Part shown: piece by piece, positions 23,438-33,393 of the stretch
Layout of the letters: each line of letters opens with the position of its first letter
Numbering within the stretch: position 1 is the stretch's first letter
Source of the DNA: Candidatus Krumholzibacteriota bacterium
Lineage (GTDB): Bacteria; Krumholzibacteriota; Krumholzibacteriia; JAJRXK01
NCBI GenBank assembly: GCA_963764625.1
Contig: CAVXTH010000006.1
Location: 192,001 to 256,000, forward strand
Direction: 5' to 3'
DNA length: 64,000 nucleotides
The notes under the pieces: generated by a model
Database searches by the model: none
Told to the model about the DNA's origin: nothing
The model's input: the letters and a program-made list of their open reading frames with translations, nothing else
Position numbers and translations under genes: made by a program

Positions 23438-24127
23438 ATGAGCAAACTCGCCATGTTCGCTACGTTCTTAGCAATCCTCGCCGTGGCATCCGAGGCGACC
23501 GCGCAAAGGATCGGCTTGAGTTTCGATGAGGCCAATACTAAGGTCGCCATCGACGGGCGCTCGGATCTCATTCTCGACCCTTACAATTACTACTTCCCCA
23601 CGGCAGTCGTTTATGTCATCGCGTATGACATTCCGGAGGTATTTGGATACGAGTACAATGTCACCTCGACGGATGCGACCGGGCTCTGGGGTAGGCCGGT
23701 GATCTGGCCTTCGGTCGGCGCGAACTTCGCCACCATCCAGGGTGACGTTCGTGTGGGCACAGGGATATGCTTTCAGGCTGGTAGCAGCGAGGCTGGACCG
23801 GATCCCACCCAGATTCGTCTGGCGAGGCATACGTTCGCGTGGGCGACTCTGCCCTGGTACGACGTGGTGTGCTGCATTCATCCTTCGCAGGCTTCGGTAA
23901 ACGACAGCGGTGCCACGGCTCCCCAGTACACCGAGTGCGTCGCGAACCCGGTTGCTCTGCCCTTCGGTGTTGCTCCAGAGTATGCGAATGCGTGCATTTC
24001 CGACGGGTGCATTCTCGTCGTCTTCGAGTGGGAAGCGGATGGCGTGACTCCCGTCAATTGCGTTCCGGAACCAATCGGCACCCCAGCGCCATCCACGAGT
24101 TGGGGCGCGCTCAAGGCAGCGTACTAG
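23438..24127 (+). CDS. exported Cys-rich hypothetical protein with SWGxLK tail
   Basis: Signal peptide MSKLAMF...ATA; ends PSTSWGALKAAY. Confidence 0.8.
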   Translation: MSKLAMFATFLAILAVASEATAQRIGLSFDEANTKVAIDGRSDLILDPYNYYFPTAVVYVIAYDIPEVFGYEYNVTSTDATGLWGRPVIWPSVGANFATIQGDVRVGTGICFQAGSSEAGPDPTQIRLARHTFAWATLPWYDVVCCIHPSQASVNDSGATAPQYTECVANPVALPFGVAPEYANACISDGCILVVFEWEADGVTPVNCVPEPIGTPAPSTSWGALKAAY

Positions 24128-24162
24128 CGTGACCTGGCAATTGGGTTGTTGAAGTCCGCAAT

Positions 24163-24263
24163 GGGGAGTCAGGGAGTGGGAGGGAGTCCTTTTCAGAAAT
24201 TCTCCCATATGGCTCATTATAGGGGGTTTTCAAATACCGCTCCCCAAGACTCCCTGATTCCCC
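24163..24263. repeat. ~100-bp GGGA/TCCC-iterated element, copy 2 (inverted relative to copy 1)
   Basis: Own ends GGGGAGTCAGGGAGT / ACTCCCTGATTCCCC form a 15-bp inverted repeat with 1 mismatch. Confidence 0.7.
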
Positions 24264-24324
24264 AGATCAACGCTGTGTCCTCTTGGACTTTAGCAACTAC
24301 ATGAAGACCCTAGCGTCCCGTCCC

Positions 24325-25245
24325 CTAAAACATTGCCTTCAAGTGTCCCCATGTCGTCGATTCCGAGGAAACCTTCAAGTTGATCCCTTTCAGAAAATAC
24401 CCCCGATCCTCCCAGACTTTGATCTTGTAGATGTCCGGTCCGTCCGGCTGCGAGACTTTGATCACGTAGAAGTCGTTGTCTCCGGTGACGAGGGTGTACT
24501 GCTCAACCCCTTGGAATCGCACGACCATTCCCACTTTGAAGCGCGCCAGGAGGGTGCCCGCGTAGAGTGGATCCGTCCCGGGATCACTCCACTCAGTGAT
24601 CTTGGCAAAAGTAGTGAACTGGATGCTCTGAACGGGAGGGATCGCAACCTGGTTGACCAGATCAAATCCGGCATCCCCACGGAACATCGCGCCGACGGAA
24701 TCCAGCTCATCCTGGCGCCCCCAACTGGGACCCACGAACTGTTCAAGCCCATCGTTGGGATCGAAGAAGAACAGAAATTGATCGTCCAGGAGTAGCTCGT
24801 AATCCGAAATCCACATTTTCTCCCAGGTGTTCTTGAAGTTACTCATAAGAGCGTCGGGAGATGTACTGGTCTCGGAAATGTTCTTTGTTGTGACAGCCAC
24901 CGAATTTCCTGTACCCACTGCATTGGCAGTCGTCATAACATCGATTCGAAAGTTATAAGTAGTCCCGGGCTGCAAATGTTGAACTAGGTACTCCGAAGTA
25001 TTCCTGTCAGTAATCGTAACGAGCACCGAGTCATTCGCCGACTCCATTACAACAGTGTAGAAAGAAAAGTCACCCAAAGTAGAGATCGTCCACGAGAGCA
25101 ACACGCTGCCCGATGAGATGTCAGACTCAGTCGGAGTAGAGAGGACTACAGGCGCTGGTCCAACCGGCGGTTCGGTCGTGTCGTTGCTGCTGGAGCAAGC
25201 GGTGAGAGATAGAGTGATCAAGATTAGAGCGTAGAGTTGCTTCAA
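24325..25245 (-). CDS. lipoprotein with fibronectin type III domain and TWGxLK tail
   Basis: Lipobox LTAC, LSWT...LQPGTTYNFRI (FN3), ends TTWGHLKAMF; TTG start overlaps upstream TGA. Confidence 0.8.
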   Translation of the reverse strand: MKQLYALILITLSLTACSSSNDTTEPPVGPAPVVLSTPTESDISSGSVLLSWTISTLGDFSFYTVVMESANDSVLVTITDRNTSEYLVQHLQPGTTYNFRIDVMTTANAVGTGNSVAVTTKNISETSTSPDALMSNFKNTWEKMWISDYELLLDDQFLFFFDPNDGLEQFVGPSWGRQDELDSVGAMFRGDAGFDLVNQVAIPPVQSIQFTTFAKITEWSDPGTDPLYAGTLLARFKVGMVVRFQGVEQYTLVTGDNDFYVIKVSQPDGPDIYKIKVWEDRGYFLKGINLKVSSESTTWGHLKAMF

Positions 25246-26084
25246 TTGTCTCCCCCCAATTCAGCTCTCAGCTCCCCAAAAGGAAGCCCCGAACTGCCAT
25301 TGTCTTTCCAGAGAATCATAGTAACCAGGCTTCCTAGACGGAATTTATAGTCAGCGATGCCCTTCCAACTTCGCCCAGTGGGAGTTCCTGCTGCATCCAC
25401 TTCGTTGATGATGTAGCGCACGGTAAGGTCAATCTGATCTCCGCTTAGAGTCGGCCCAGAGAGAATGCTGTCGGCCAGTGAGGCCTGGAAAAGGGAGCCC
25501 GTGAACGCGTTTTGAATGAAGTTGCTTTCCCTATCCTTCGTCCACACTGTGTCGAACACTGTCGGATATTGGGCCATCAAGCTCGCCGTGGGCCCGTACA
25601 CGAAATCGGTGCCGATGACTCTAAGGTATTCGTTCGCGTCTCCACAATGCAACGCCCCCTCCAGATTGTATATCACGTTCTGCCAGCTGTCGTTGAACCG
25701 GAAGTCGACATCACAGGCGGAATTCGTCGTAACCGTGATGGTGCTGCCCTTACCCGTCTGGTTGGCAGTCGACTTTACATCCACCCGGAATTGGTACTCG
25801 GTATCCGGTTGCAGATCCTGAACCTCATACTGCGTTGTATTTCTGTCGCTGATGGCAGCAAGAACTGAATCACTCGCCGACTCCATCACGACAGCATAGC
25901 GTGAAAAGTCTCCGGCTGTAGATACTGTCCAGGTGAGCACCACACTGTTGGCAGTTATGTCGGTATCAGTAGGGATTGAAAGAGCTACCGGCTCTGGACC
26001 CGTTGGTGGTGCAGTTGTGTCGCTGCTACTGCCACACGATGATAGCAGCAGAAGCAGGGCCATTAAAGGAAACGCATTTTGCAT
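25242..26084 (-). CDS. lipoprotein with FN3 domain, paralog of the neighbouring gene
   Basis: Lipobox LSSC; DTT.PP.GP.PV.LS.PT..DI and LQP.T.Y.FR.DV shared with 24325..25245; ends PFGELRAELGGDN. Confidence 0.8.
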   Translation of the reverse strand: MQNAFPLMALLLLLSSCGSSSDTTAPPTGPEPVALSIPTDTDITANSVVLTWTVSTAGDFSRYAVVMESASDSVLAAISDRNTTQYEVQDLQPDTEYQFRVDVKSTANQTGKGSTITVTTNSACDVDFRFNDSWQNVIYNLEGALHCGDANEYLRVIGTDFVYGPTASLMAQYPTVFDTVWTKDRESNFIQNAFTGSLFQASLADSILSGPTLSGDQIDLTVRYIINEVDAAGTPTGRSWKGIADYKFRLGSLVTMILWKDNGSSGLPFGELRAELGGDN

Positions 26085-26108
26085 GGAATAACTCCTCAGT
26101 ATAAGACA

Positions 26109-26372
26109 CTACTTGCTGAAGCTACCCTTCAAGAGCCCAGGCGACATAGCAGCATTAGGAATGACAGTGTTGGGAGGGAGGATCTGAGTGTGCCGAAGCC
26201 ACTGACCTGCCCCACTGTCCGAGAAAGTCCAGTAGTAACCTTCTATGTCGACTATTTCCCAAGTATCGGCTTGGAGCGCAGTGAAACAGATGATCTGAGG
26301 GCCGTGATACATCGGGTCAAAGAACTGTGCCTTTGGACTTCCCCCGGTATCGTAGACACCTACTGTGCCTGG
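26109..26372 (-). pseudogene. 5'-truncated gene remnant ending in a degenerate tail
   Basis: Open frame ending VIPNAAMSPGLLKGSFSK; no signal peptide; upstream TAA. Confidence 0.3.
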
Positions 26373-26507
26373 TTAGAGGCTTCATAGTCCTCGGGACTGA
26401 CATCGCCGACGCAGCCCGGCCGCCCATTGGCGACCGGGCTCGTTTCCAAGTGGGCTTTCGCTCTCCTGTGATCCAGTCTCAACCGGCGGACGGACCCACG
26501 GTCAACA

Positions 26508-27203
26508 CTAGAAGCGCGACTTGAGGGCACCCCAAGTGCTTTCCTGCGATCCAACCTCACAGCTGGGATAGATCACGACTGTAGCCTGAACGACGTCACC
26601 CCAAGCACCGGCTTGCGGACCCGCCGCACAGGTGTCATCGATGAAAGCCGGGTAAGCGGCCGGGATGGGGAAGAGCTGGGTGTTTCCAGTGATCGCCGCG
26701 TTGCTGATCGTGTAGGTCATGCAGTTGATATAGCCGTCGAAGGATCCGAAGACATCGATGTCACTGACCACCGATTGCAACACTCCGCCCACGTAGAGAT
26801 GGCTGGAGGTCACCGTCATCTGATCCACCTGGACGGTATAGTCCTCATCTCCCCAGGGACCGGCGGCTCCGAACCAAAACGCGCCGTTTTGATAGTGCGT
26901 TTCATATTTGACCGTACCGGTTCCGGCGACGCGGGTGTCTGAGGTCATCGTCGGCGCAGCCATGATCGAGGGGCAGATGAGAGTCCATTGCGTGCCCAGG
27001 CTGCCTCCGTCCCAGGACTGTGCGTTGATGGTGTTGCCCAGATTCCCTTCATAGAAGGTGGGCGCGAGCCAGGATTCGCTGAAATGACCCGGGAGGACTT
27101 GGCCTCCCAGATCAGTGGTCTGATAGGTGCCGACCACCGGCGGTCCGGCCAGGGCAAGCACAGGGATCAACAGAATGAAGACGGTCGGGATCAAACGTCT
27201 CAT
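26508..27203 (-). CDS. exported hypothetical protein with TWGxLK tail
   Basis: Signal peptide MRRLIPTVFILLIPVLALA; ends CEVGSQESTWGALKSRF. Confidence 0.85.
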   Translation of the reverse strand: MRRLIPTVFILLIPVLALAGPPVVGTYQTTDLGGQVLPGHFSESWLAPTFYEGNLGNTINAQSWDGGSLGTQWTLICPSIMAAPTMTSDTRVAGTGTVKYETHYQNGAFWFGAAGPWGDEDYTVQVDQMTVTSSHLYVGGVLQSVVSDIDVFGSFDGYINCMTYTISNAAITGNTQLFPIPAAYPAFIDDTCAAGPQAGAWGDVVQATVVIYPSCEVGSQESTWGALKSRF

Positions 27204-27460
27204 GGGATCTTTCCTTTCGCGAAGAACGATCGTGCTTCTCAAGTGGTCCAGATCTGAACCATCAGGTGGGAGCCGGGCTTTGCCCAGCAAGAACTCTGCG
27301 GGGCTGCGCACAAGGGCGCACTGGGCCGAGCAGAGTATAGAAGAAACTAGATCTTATTATCTAGTATAAAGATCGAGAGAGCGGTGCCTGAACTTGTCAT
27401 CTTACGAATCAAGTTTAGCAGCGGAGGTGCTTGGTGGAATTCCTGGGGGGCTCAGCAAGA

Positions 27461-27487
27461 AGCCCCCGCCGCGATGCGACGGGGGCT
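27461..27487 (-). terminator. intrinsic terminator
   Basis: AGCCCCCG...CGGGGGCT hairpin followed by a short T-rich run on the minus strand. Confidence 0.55.
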
Positions 27488-27533
27488 CACTCATGAAGAG
27501 ACTAGGAATTCTCGATCGTCGATCCTGCGATGA

Positions 27534-28141
27534 CTACCACGAAGCCTTGACGCTACCCCAGGTACGAGGGGCGGCGTCCACCGGTCCCGTGCACGAATGC
27601 CCTTGCCCCTGCGTGATTTCCGAAGAGCGCAAAATCGGAAAAGTTTTGTGTGTGGTCGCAGTTGTAGTCGCACAGTGGATTCGAGTAACTGAAGTCACTT
27701 GCGTCCAGGGCGAAGTCGCCATTGGTATCCAAGGCATGGATTTTGCGCTGGGCGAGCAGGACTCCGTCGGCGCGGATGTCCACGAGGCCTCCGCCGCAGT
27801 CACCACCCTCTGCCAGATGAAACAGGGCCTCTCCGGCGGAATTGGTGGCCAGGATCGCCCGATCGTCGGTGCCATCCGGGCAGCTCCCGGAGCCACCGGG
27901 CGAACAAAGCTGTGGGCCCGCAACAATTACAGAAATCAACCTCGACGACCGAATCCACGCACGCCGCACCCGCGGCATCCCGGACCACGACCAAGAAATC
28001 GGTGTCTCCGGCCGGACAGGTGACGAGACAGGCATCTACCGTCGATTGAGCTGGGTCTGGTGTCCCCGCCAGCGCAAGACAGGGCAGAAAAACCACGGCG
28101 AAAAGGGCAAGAGCGAACGTCGCTAGCTTATTGAGTTTCAT
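27534..28141 (-). CDS. exported Cys-rich protein with EF-hand/dockerin-like loops and TWGxVK tail; two frameshifts (~27915, ~27600)
   Basis: Signal peptide MKLNKLATFALALF (ORF 27800..28171); middle DTNGD...DYNCD (ORF 27553..28035); end CTGPVDAAPRTWGSVKASW (ORF 27534..27926). Confidence 0.7.
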
Positions 28142-28351
28142 TGTGACTCCTTTTGGAAGGCGAAGACCCATCGAGACAGCAAACCTCGATAAGCCAGCAT
28201 GAGGCGGGAGCCAGACCTCAGGCTACTTTGCGGCAGAGAGCCAATTTGTGTGAGGAAGCCAAAATTTATGCGTGGGGCAGTCTGCGGATGGGGGGACTAC
28301 CGCAGTAGACGAATTTAGCATACGGAAGGGCAGAGGTCAACGCAAGGGGGC

Positions 28352-28552
28352 TCAGCCCTCTCGCCGCAACTCGAAAAGTCCGGTGAGAGCCAATCCGGTC
28401 CCCACTCCCGCGAAGAGGCCCACGACGAAGCCTACGACGAAACTCCAGGGACTTCCCAAGCTCGCGAAACCGAGCAGGTTTCCGAAGATGATCCCGAGCC
28501 CACCGAGCGTGGCCAGGACGGATCCCAGCGTGAGTTTGACTCTCGTGTCCAT
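28352..28552 (-). CDS. small two-helix membrane protein
   Basis: MDTRVKLTLGSVLATLGGLGIIFG...; two hydrophobic stretches; purine-rich RBS. Confidence 0.6.
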   Translation of the reverse strand: MDTRVKLTLGSVLATLGGLGIIFGNLLGFASLGSPWSFVVGFVVGLFAGVGTGLALTGLFELRREG

Positions 28553-28800
28553 GAGGCGCCTGCCTTCCTCTTCTTGCAACTCGCTCGCGGGAGCCCATGG
28601 AGACTTCCAACGTCCCCAAGTCCGGCCCCAGCTGCCCACATGCGTCTTCGAAGTTACCCTGGATGCCACCAAGACTACGACATCCAGGCCTCTAGGTTCA
28701 GTCCCACTTCGCGACAACTTTCTGGCCCCGCTCCTCGTAGGAAAGAATCGTCGGGAACGACCCTCAGCATGGCCCTCGTAAAGGATTGAGAAGGAAGAAG

Positions 28801-30069
28801 ATGAACCTAGGACGAATCCTGAAGAAGAAAATCGTGCTGATCGGCCTCGCGGTAGTGGTTTTGGGCTCTCTGGCCGGTTTCATGGCCATTCGCAAGGGCG
28901 AAGCGCCGCCTCAGACGGTCAAGACCGCCAAGGCCTCGCGCCAGAAAATCGTCCAAAAAGTGAGCGCCAACGGGAAAATCCGCGCGCGGACCGAGGTCAA
29001 CATCAGCGCCGATGTCAGCGCCAAGATCACCAAGATCCACGTCAAGGAAGGCCAGGCGGTCAAGAAGGGGATGCTCCTGGTGGAGCTCGACCGCCAGCGC
29101 TATCTGGCCGCGGTGGAGAACGCGGAAGCCACGGTGCGCTCCGCGCAGGCGGACGCAAATCTGGTCAATGAAAACGTCCTGAAGACCAAGCGGGAGCTCG
29201 AGCGTTCTCAGGGCCTGATGGAACGCCATCTCCAATCGGAATCCGAGCATGAGGATGCCAAGTCCGCGTATCAGGTCGAGCTCGCGCGTTACGCTTCCGC
29301 CCGCGACCGGGTGGAACAAGCCAAAGCCACCCTCAAGCAAGTGAAAGACGATCTGTCCAAGACGACGATCTATTCGCCCATGGACGGGACCGTCAGTGAC
29401 CTCCGCAAGGAAGAGGGCGAGATCGCCATCGGCTCGCAATTCCAGGGCGACGTCATTCTCATCGTCTCCGATCTCACCGAGATGGAAGCACGGGTCAACG
29501 TGGACGAGAACGACATCGTCTCGGTCAAAGTAGGGCAGGAGGCGGAGATCGAGGTCGATGCTCTGCTCGGGCAGAAGCTGAAGGGGATCGTCTATGAGAT
29601 CGCCAGCAGCGCCAACGCCACTGGCGCAGGTACTACCGAGCAGAAGACCGAATTCGAGGTGAAGATCAACATCATCGATCCCGATATGGCTCTGCGCCCG
29701 GGAATGACGGCCACCGCCGATATCCTCACCAAGACCAATCCCAACGCGCTCAGTGTGCCCATCCAGAGTGTCGCGGTGCGTACGGTCGACCAGTTGCGCG
29801 CACCGGGCGAGGACCGAGCCGAGATCGAGAAGAAGTACAAGGCCGATAAGGACGGCTTCGTCGAAATCGTCTTTTGCATCGAAGACGGCAAGGCGTTGGC
29901 GAAGCAGGTCAAGACCGGAATCCAGAGCGATGAGTTCATCGAGATTCTGGACGGGCTCAACGAAGGGGATGAAGTGGTGACCGGCAGTTACCGTGCCATT
30001 TCCAAGGACCTGACCAACGGCGACTTGGTTCGAATCGACAACGAATCCAAGACGAGCGACGGGGCTTAG
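28801..30069 (+). CDS. efflux membrane-fusion (MacA-like) periplasmic adaptor
   Basis: N-terminal TM helix, lipoyl-like [10 protein letters not shown], coiled coil, IYSPMDG, LRPGMTA. Confidence 0.9.
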   Translation: MNLGRILKKKIVLIGLAVVVLGSLAGFMAIRKGEAPPQTVKTAKASRQKIVQKVSANGKIRARTEVNISADVSAKITKIHVKEGQAVKKGMLLVELDRQRYLAAVENAEATVRSAQADANLVNENVLKTKRELERSQGLMERHLQSESEHEDAKSAYQVELARYASARDRVEQAKATLKQVKDDLSKTTIYSPMDGTVSDLRKEEGEIAIGSQFQGDVILIVSDLTEMEARVNVDENDIVSVKVGQEAEIEVDALLGQKLKGIVYEIASSANATGAGTTEQKTEFEVKINIIDPDMALRPGMTATADILTKTNPNALSVPIQSVAVRTVDQLRAPGEDRAEIEKKYKADKDGFVEIVFCIEDGKALAKQVKTGIQSDEFIEILDGLNEGDEVVTGSYRAISKDLTNGDLVRIDNESKTSDGA

Positions 30070-30071
30070 AA

Positions 30072-30813
30072 ATGAGCGTGATGACAAGAGAATCCAATGG
30101 AGTCGCTCTCGCACTGAACGAGGTCGAGAAGACCTACATCATGGGGGCCGAGAAAGTCCACGCCCTGCGCGGCGTTTCGCTTCAGGTGCGCAAGAACGAG
30201 TACGTGGCCGTCATGGGTCCCTCCGGCTCGGGCAAATCGACATCTGATGAACGTGATCGGCTGCCTCGACGTGCCCACCAAGGGCACCTACACGCTGGAG
30301 GGGCAGACGGTCGCGGACATGACCCAGTCCGAATTGGCGGAGATTCGCAATCTGCGCATCGGCTTCGTGTTTCAGACCTTCAATCTGATTCCGCGGGCCG
30401 ACGTGTTTCACAACGTCGAGTTGCCTCTGATCTACGGAGGGGTGCGAAGCCGGGAACGCCGCGAGAGGGCTGAGCAGGCTATCGCGAGGGTGGGCCTGAG
30501 CGACCGTATGAAGCACAAGCCGAACGAGCTCTCCGGAGGGCAGCGCCAACGCGTCGCGATCGCACGCGCCATCGTCCTGAATCCGTCCATCATTCTCGCG
30601 GACGAACCCACAGGAAATCTCGACAGCAAGACCGGTGACGAGATTATGGCGATCTTCGACGAGCTGCACGGCGCTGGACACACCATCATCGTGGTGACCC
30701 ACGAAGATTACATCGCCGAGTACGCCTCGCGGTCGATTCGGCTGAGGGACGGTCTCGTCGAGAGCGACGAAGCCATAGGACGCAAGGCAATGGCCGGAGG
30801 AGCCATGTCGTGA
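30072..30813 (+). CDS. ABC transporter ATP-binding protein (MacB/LolD type); frameshift at ~30243
   Basis: GPSGSGKST then LMNVIGCLD in another frame; [19 protein letters not shown]. Confidence 0.9.
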
Positions 30814-32057
30814 GAGGACTTCGCCTTCTGCTTGACCTCCAGGAGTCGGTCCGTATCGCCTTCGGCGCGCTACGTGCCAACAAGGCTCGCGGAGCGCTGA
30901 CCACCCTGGGGATCATCATCGGTATCGTGGCCGTCATCACCACGATGACCGCGGCGAATGGGCTGCGAAACACCTTCCGCGAGAGCTTCTCCTCGGTGGG
31001 GGCGGACGTACTCTACGTCTCGCGTATGCCGTGGGTCATCCAAGACGACTTCTTTCTGTACCGGAACCGGCCACCGATCGACTTCAAGGAAGCACGGGAC
31101 CTGGAGAAGAGACTGCGTGGCTCGGGGATCGTGAATCCGACCATGAACGGCCGACAGGATACGAAATACCGCTCGGAGAGAATGGATGGGGTCACCATCA
31201 TCGGGACCACCGAAAAGCAGCTGATGGTGTCGAACGCGCAGCCGGAACTCGGCCGCTTCATGTTGCCCTTCGAGGTGACCTACAAACGCAACGTCTGCGT
31301 CATCGGCAGCGACGTACGCAAAGGTTTGTTCGGTTCCATCGATCCGCTCAATAAGGAGATGAAGATCGGCCGTACCACATTCCGCGTCATCGGCGTGATG
31401 GAAGAGCAAGGGGGAAGCTTCCTCGGGGGCCCCAACTTCGACCGGCAGATTTTCATTCCGATCACTTCGTTCGTGGGCGCCTTTGGTGGCCTTCACGGAC
31501 GACAGGACGTCAACATCGCGATCAAAGCGCCCAGCGAGGCGGCAATGAGCGACCTCGAGTACAAGATCATCGGAGAGATGCGCAAGCTCCGCGGACTGCG
31601 TCCGACGGAAAAGGACAATTTCTCCATCAACCGACTCGATACTCTGGTGGGCGCCTTCAACAACGTAATGGGAGTGGTGCTTTTGGTGGGGCTCTTGATC
31701 ACGAGCATTTCGCTTTTCGTGGGTGGGGTGGGGGTGATGAACATCATGTTCGTGTCCATTACCGAGCGCACGCGCGAGATCGGCATTCGCAAGGCCATCG
31801 GAGCCAAGCCGCTCAGCATCATGTTCCAATTTCTCTTCGAGGCAGCCGTGATCTGTCTCTTGGGTGGTGTGATCGGAATCGTCCTGTCGGCCGGAGTGAC
31901 CGCGGCCATCAACGCCTCGCTCATGCCGGCGAACCTGTCCGTGCCCATCCTTTTCATCGCCCTGGTGGTGGCGGTGAGCGTCGGATTGCTCGCGGGACTG
32001 GTTCCGGCCTGGCGCGGCGCCCGGCTCAACCCCATCGAAGCGCTGCGCTACGAGTAG
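30810..32057 (+). CDS. ABC transporter permease (MacB/FtsX family)
   Basis: [44 protein letters not shown]. Confidence 0.92.
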   Translation: MRGLRLLLDLQESVRIAFGALRANKARGALTTLGIIIGIVAVITTMTAANGLRNTFRESFSSVGADVLYVSRMPWVIQDDFFLYRNRPPIDFKEARDLEKRLRGSGIVNPTMNGRQDTKYRSERMDGVTIIGTTEKQLMVSNAQPELGRFMLPFEVTYKRNVCVIGSDVRKGLFGSIDPLNKEMKIGRTTFRVIGVMEEQGGSFLGGPNFDRQIFIPITSFVGAFGGLHGRQDVNIAIKAPSEAAMSDLEYKIIGEMRKLRGLRPTEKDNFSINRLDTLVGAFNNVMGVVLLVGLLITSISLFVGGVGVMNIMFVSITERTREIGIRKAIGAKPLSIMFQFLFEAAVICLLGGVIGIVLSAGVTAAINASLMPANLSVPILFIALVVAVSVGLLAGLVPAWRGARLNPIEALRYE

Positions 32058-32065
32058 GTGAATAG

Positions 32066-33316
32066 ATGAGTGGTTTCGATTCTCTTTCCATGTCCGTGGG
32101 CGCCATCTTCAGCAACAAGCTGCGCTCCATCCTCACTCTGGTGGGCATCGTGGCTGGAGTGGCCTCGATCATCGCGGTGATGACCGCTATCTCGGTAGTG
32201 CAGTCCACCATGGAGCAGGAGATGAGTGTCTTGGGCTCGCAGGTTTTTCAGGTGCAGAAGTGGCCGGCTGGTGGATTCCACAGCGCCGAGGAACGGCGCA
32301 AGGCAATGCGTCGTCCTCCCCTGACGATCGAAGACGCGCAGTTGATAAGGGACAGAGTTCCCACTGCCGATATCGTCGGAGCCGAGCTGTGGTCCTTCGG
32401 CTATACCGTGGAGTACAAGGGCGAGTCGACGAACCCGAACATCACTATCTGCGGCGGGACTCCCGAGTATTCGGCCAACAACACCCACTACGTGGGCTTG
32501 GGACGAAACATCTCCCAGATGGACGTACGAAGCGCGCGACATGTGGCCGTGATCGGGAAGGCCATCGCCGGCAAGCTCTTTCCCTTCACCGACCCCCTTG
32601 ACAAGATCATCCGGCTCGACGGTCGCAAGTACCAAGTGATCGGGGTATTTGACGTGAAGAAGTCCGCGTTCCGGGGCGGGAGTTTCGAGAACTACGTCCT
32701 CATTCCCATCACGTGCTTTCTCAAAACCTACGGCATGGTCGATCCGAACGGCTTCGACCGCTCAGTGAACATCACCATCCGCGCCAAGACGCCCGAAGTC
32801 GTCGATGACACCATCGAGCAAACACGTCAGGTGCTGCGGCATGCGCGTGGGGTCAAGCCGAACGAAGAGGACAACTTCGATTTCTTCAACAGCAAGAGCC
32901 TGATCACCCAATTCAACAACATGACCAAAGGGATCAAGCTAGCCGCGTTCGTGGTGGGGATCATCGCCCTGGTGGTGGCGGGCATCGGGATCATGAACAT
33001 CATGCTCGTCTCGGTGACCGAACGCACCAAGGAGATCGGAATCCGCAAATCGATCGGCGCCAAGCCCTCGAACATCCTGGTACAGTTCCTCCTGGAGGCG
33101 GTGATCCTGTGCAACCTCGGGGGGCTGGTGGGAGTCGCGATCGGATTCGGGCTGGGGAACGTGTTCACCCTGTTCACCGCCTTCGAGGTCAACGTCCCTC
33201 TGCAGTGGACTTTCATCGGGCTTGGATTTTGTTCGGCGGTGGGGATCGGCTTCGGCCTTCTGCCTGCGATCAAGGCGTCTCGTCTGAACCCCATCGACGC
33301 GCTGCGTTACGAGTAG
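32066..33316 (+). CDS. ABC transporter permease (MacB/FtsX family)
   Basis: GIMNIMLVSVTERTKEIGIRK, LNPIDALRYE. Confidence 0.92.
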   Translation: MSGFDSLSMSVGAIFSNKLRSILTLVGIVAGVASIIAVMTAISVVQSTMEQEMSVLGSQVFQVQKWPAGGFHSAEERRKAMRRPPLTIEDAQLIRDRVPTADIVGAELWSFGYTVEYKGESTNPNITICGGTPEYSANNTHYVGLGRNISQMDVRSARHVAVIGKAIAGKLFPFTDPLDKIIRLDGRKYQVIGVFDVKKSAFRGGSFENYVLIPITCFLKTYGMVDPNGFDRSVNITIRAKTPEVVDDTIEQTRQVLRHARGVKPNEEDNFDFFNSKSLITQFNNMTKGIKLAAFVVGIIALVVAGIGIMNIMLVSVTERTKEIGIRKSIGAKPSNILVQFLLEAVILCNLGGLVGVAIGFGLGNVFTLFTAFEVNVPLQWTFIGLGFCSAVGIGFGLLPAIKASRLNPIDALRYE

Positions 33317-33393
33317 TCGCCGCCCGGAACCGCGAACGGCATGCGCCCAAGAAGGTTTTGATTCCGCCCCCCACCTTGGGCTAGAGTACGCTC

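Larger units (their letters stand above)
22815..28350. mobile_element. putative tRNA-Lys-anchored genomic islet or remnant (no integrase seen)
   Basis: Starts right after tRNA CCA with palindrome GGTAACTC-TAGC-GAGTTACC; visibly AT-richer; only accessory secreted genes; right boundary uncertain. Confidence 0.4.
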
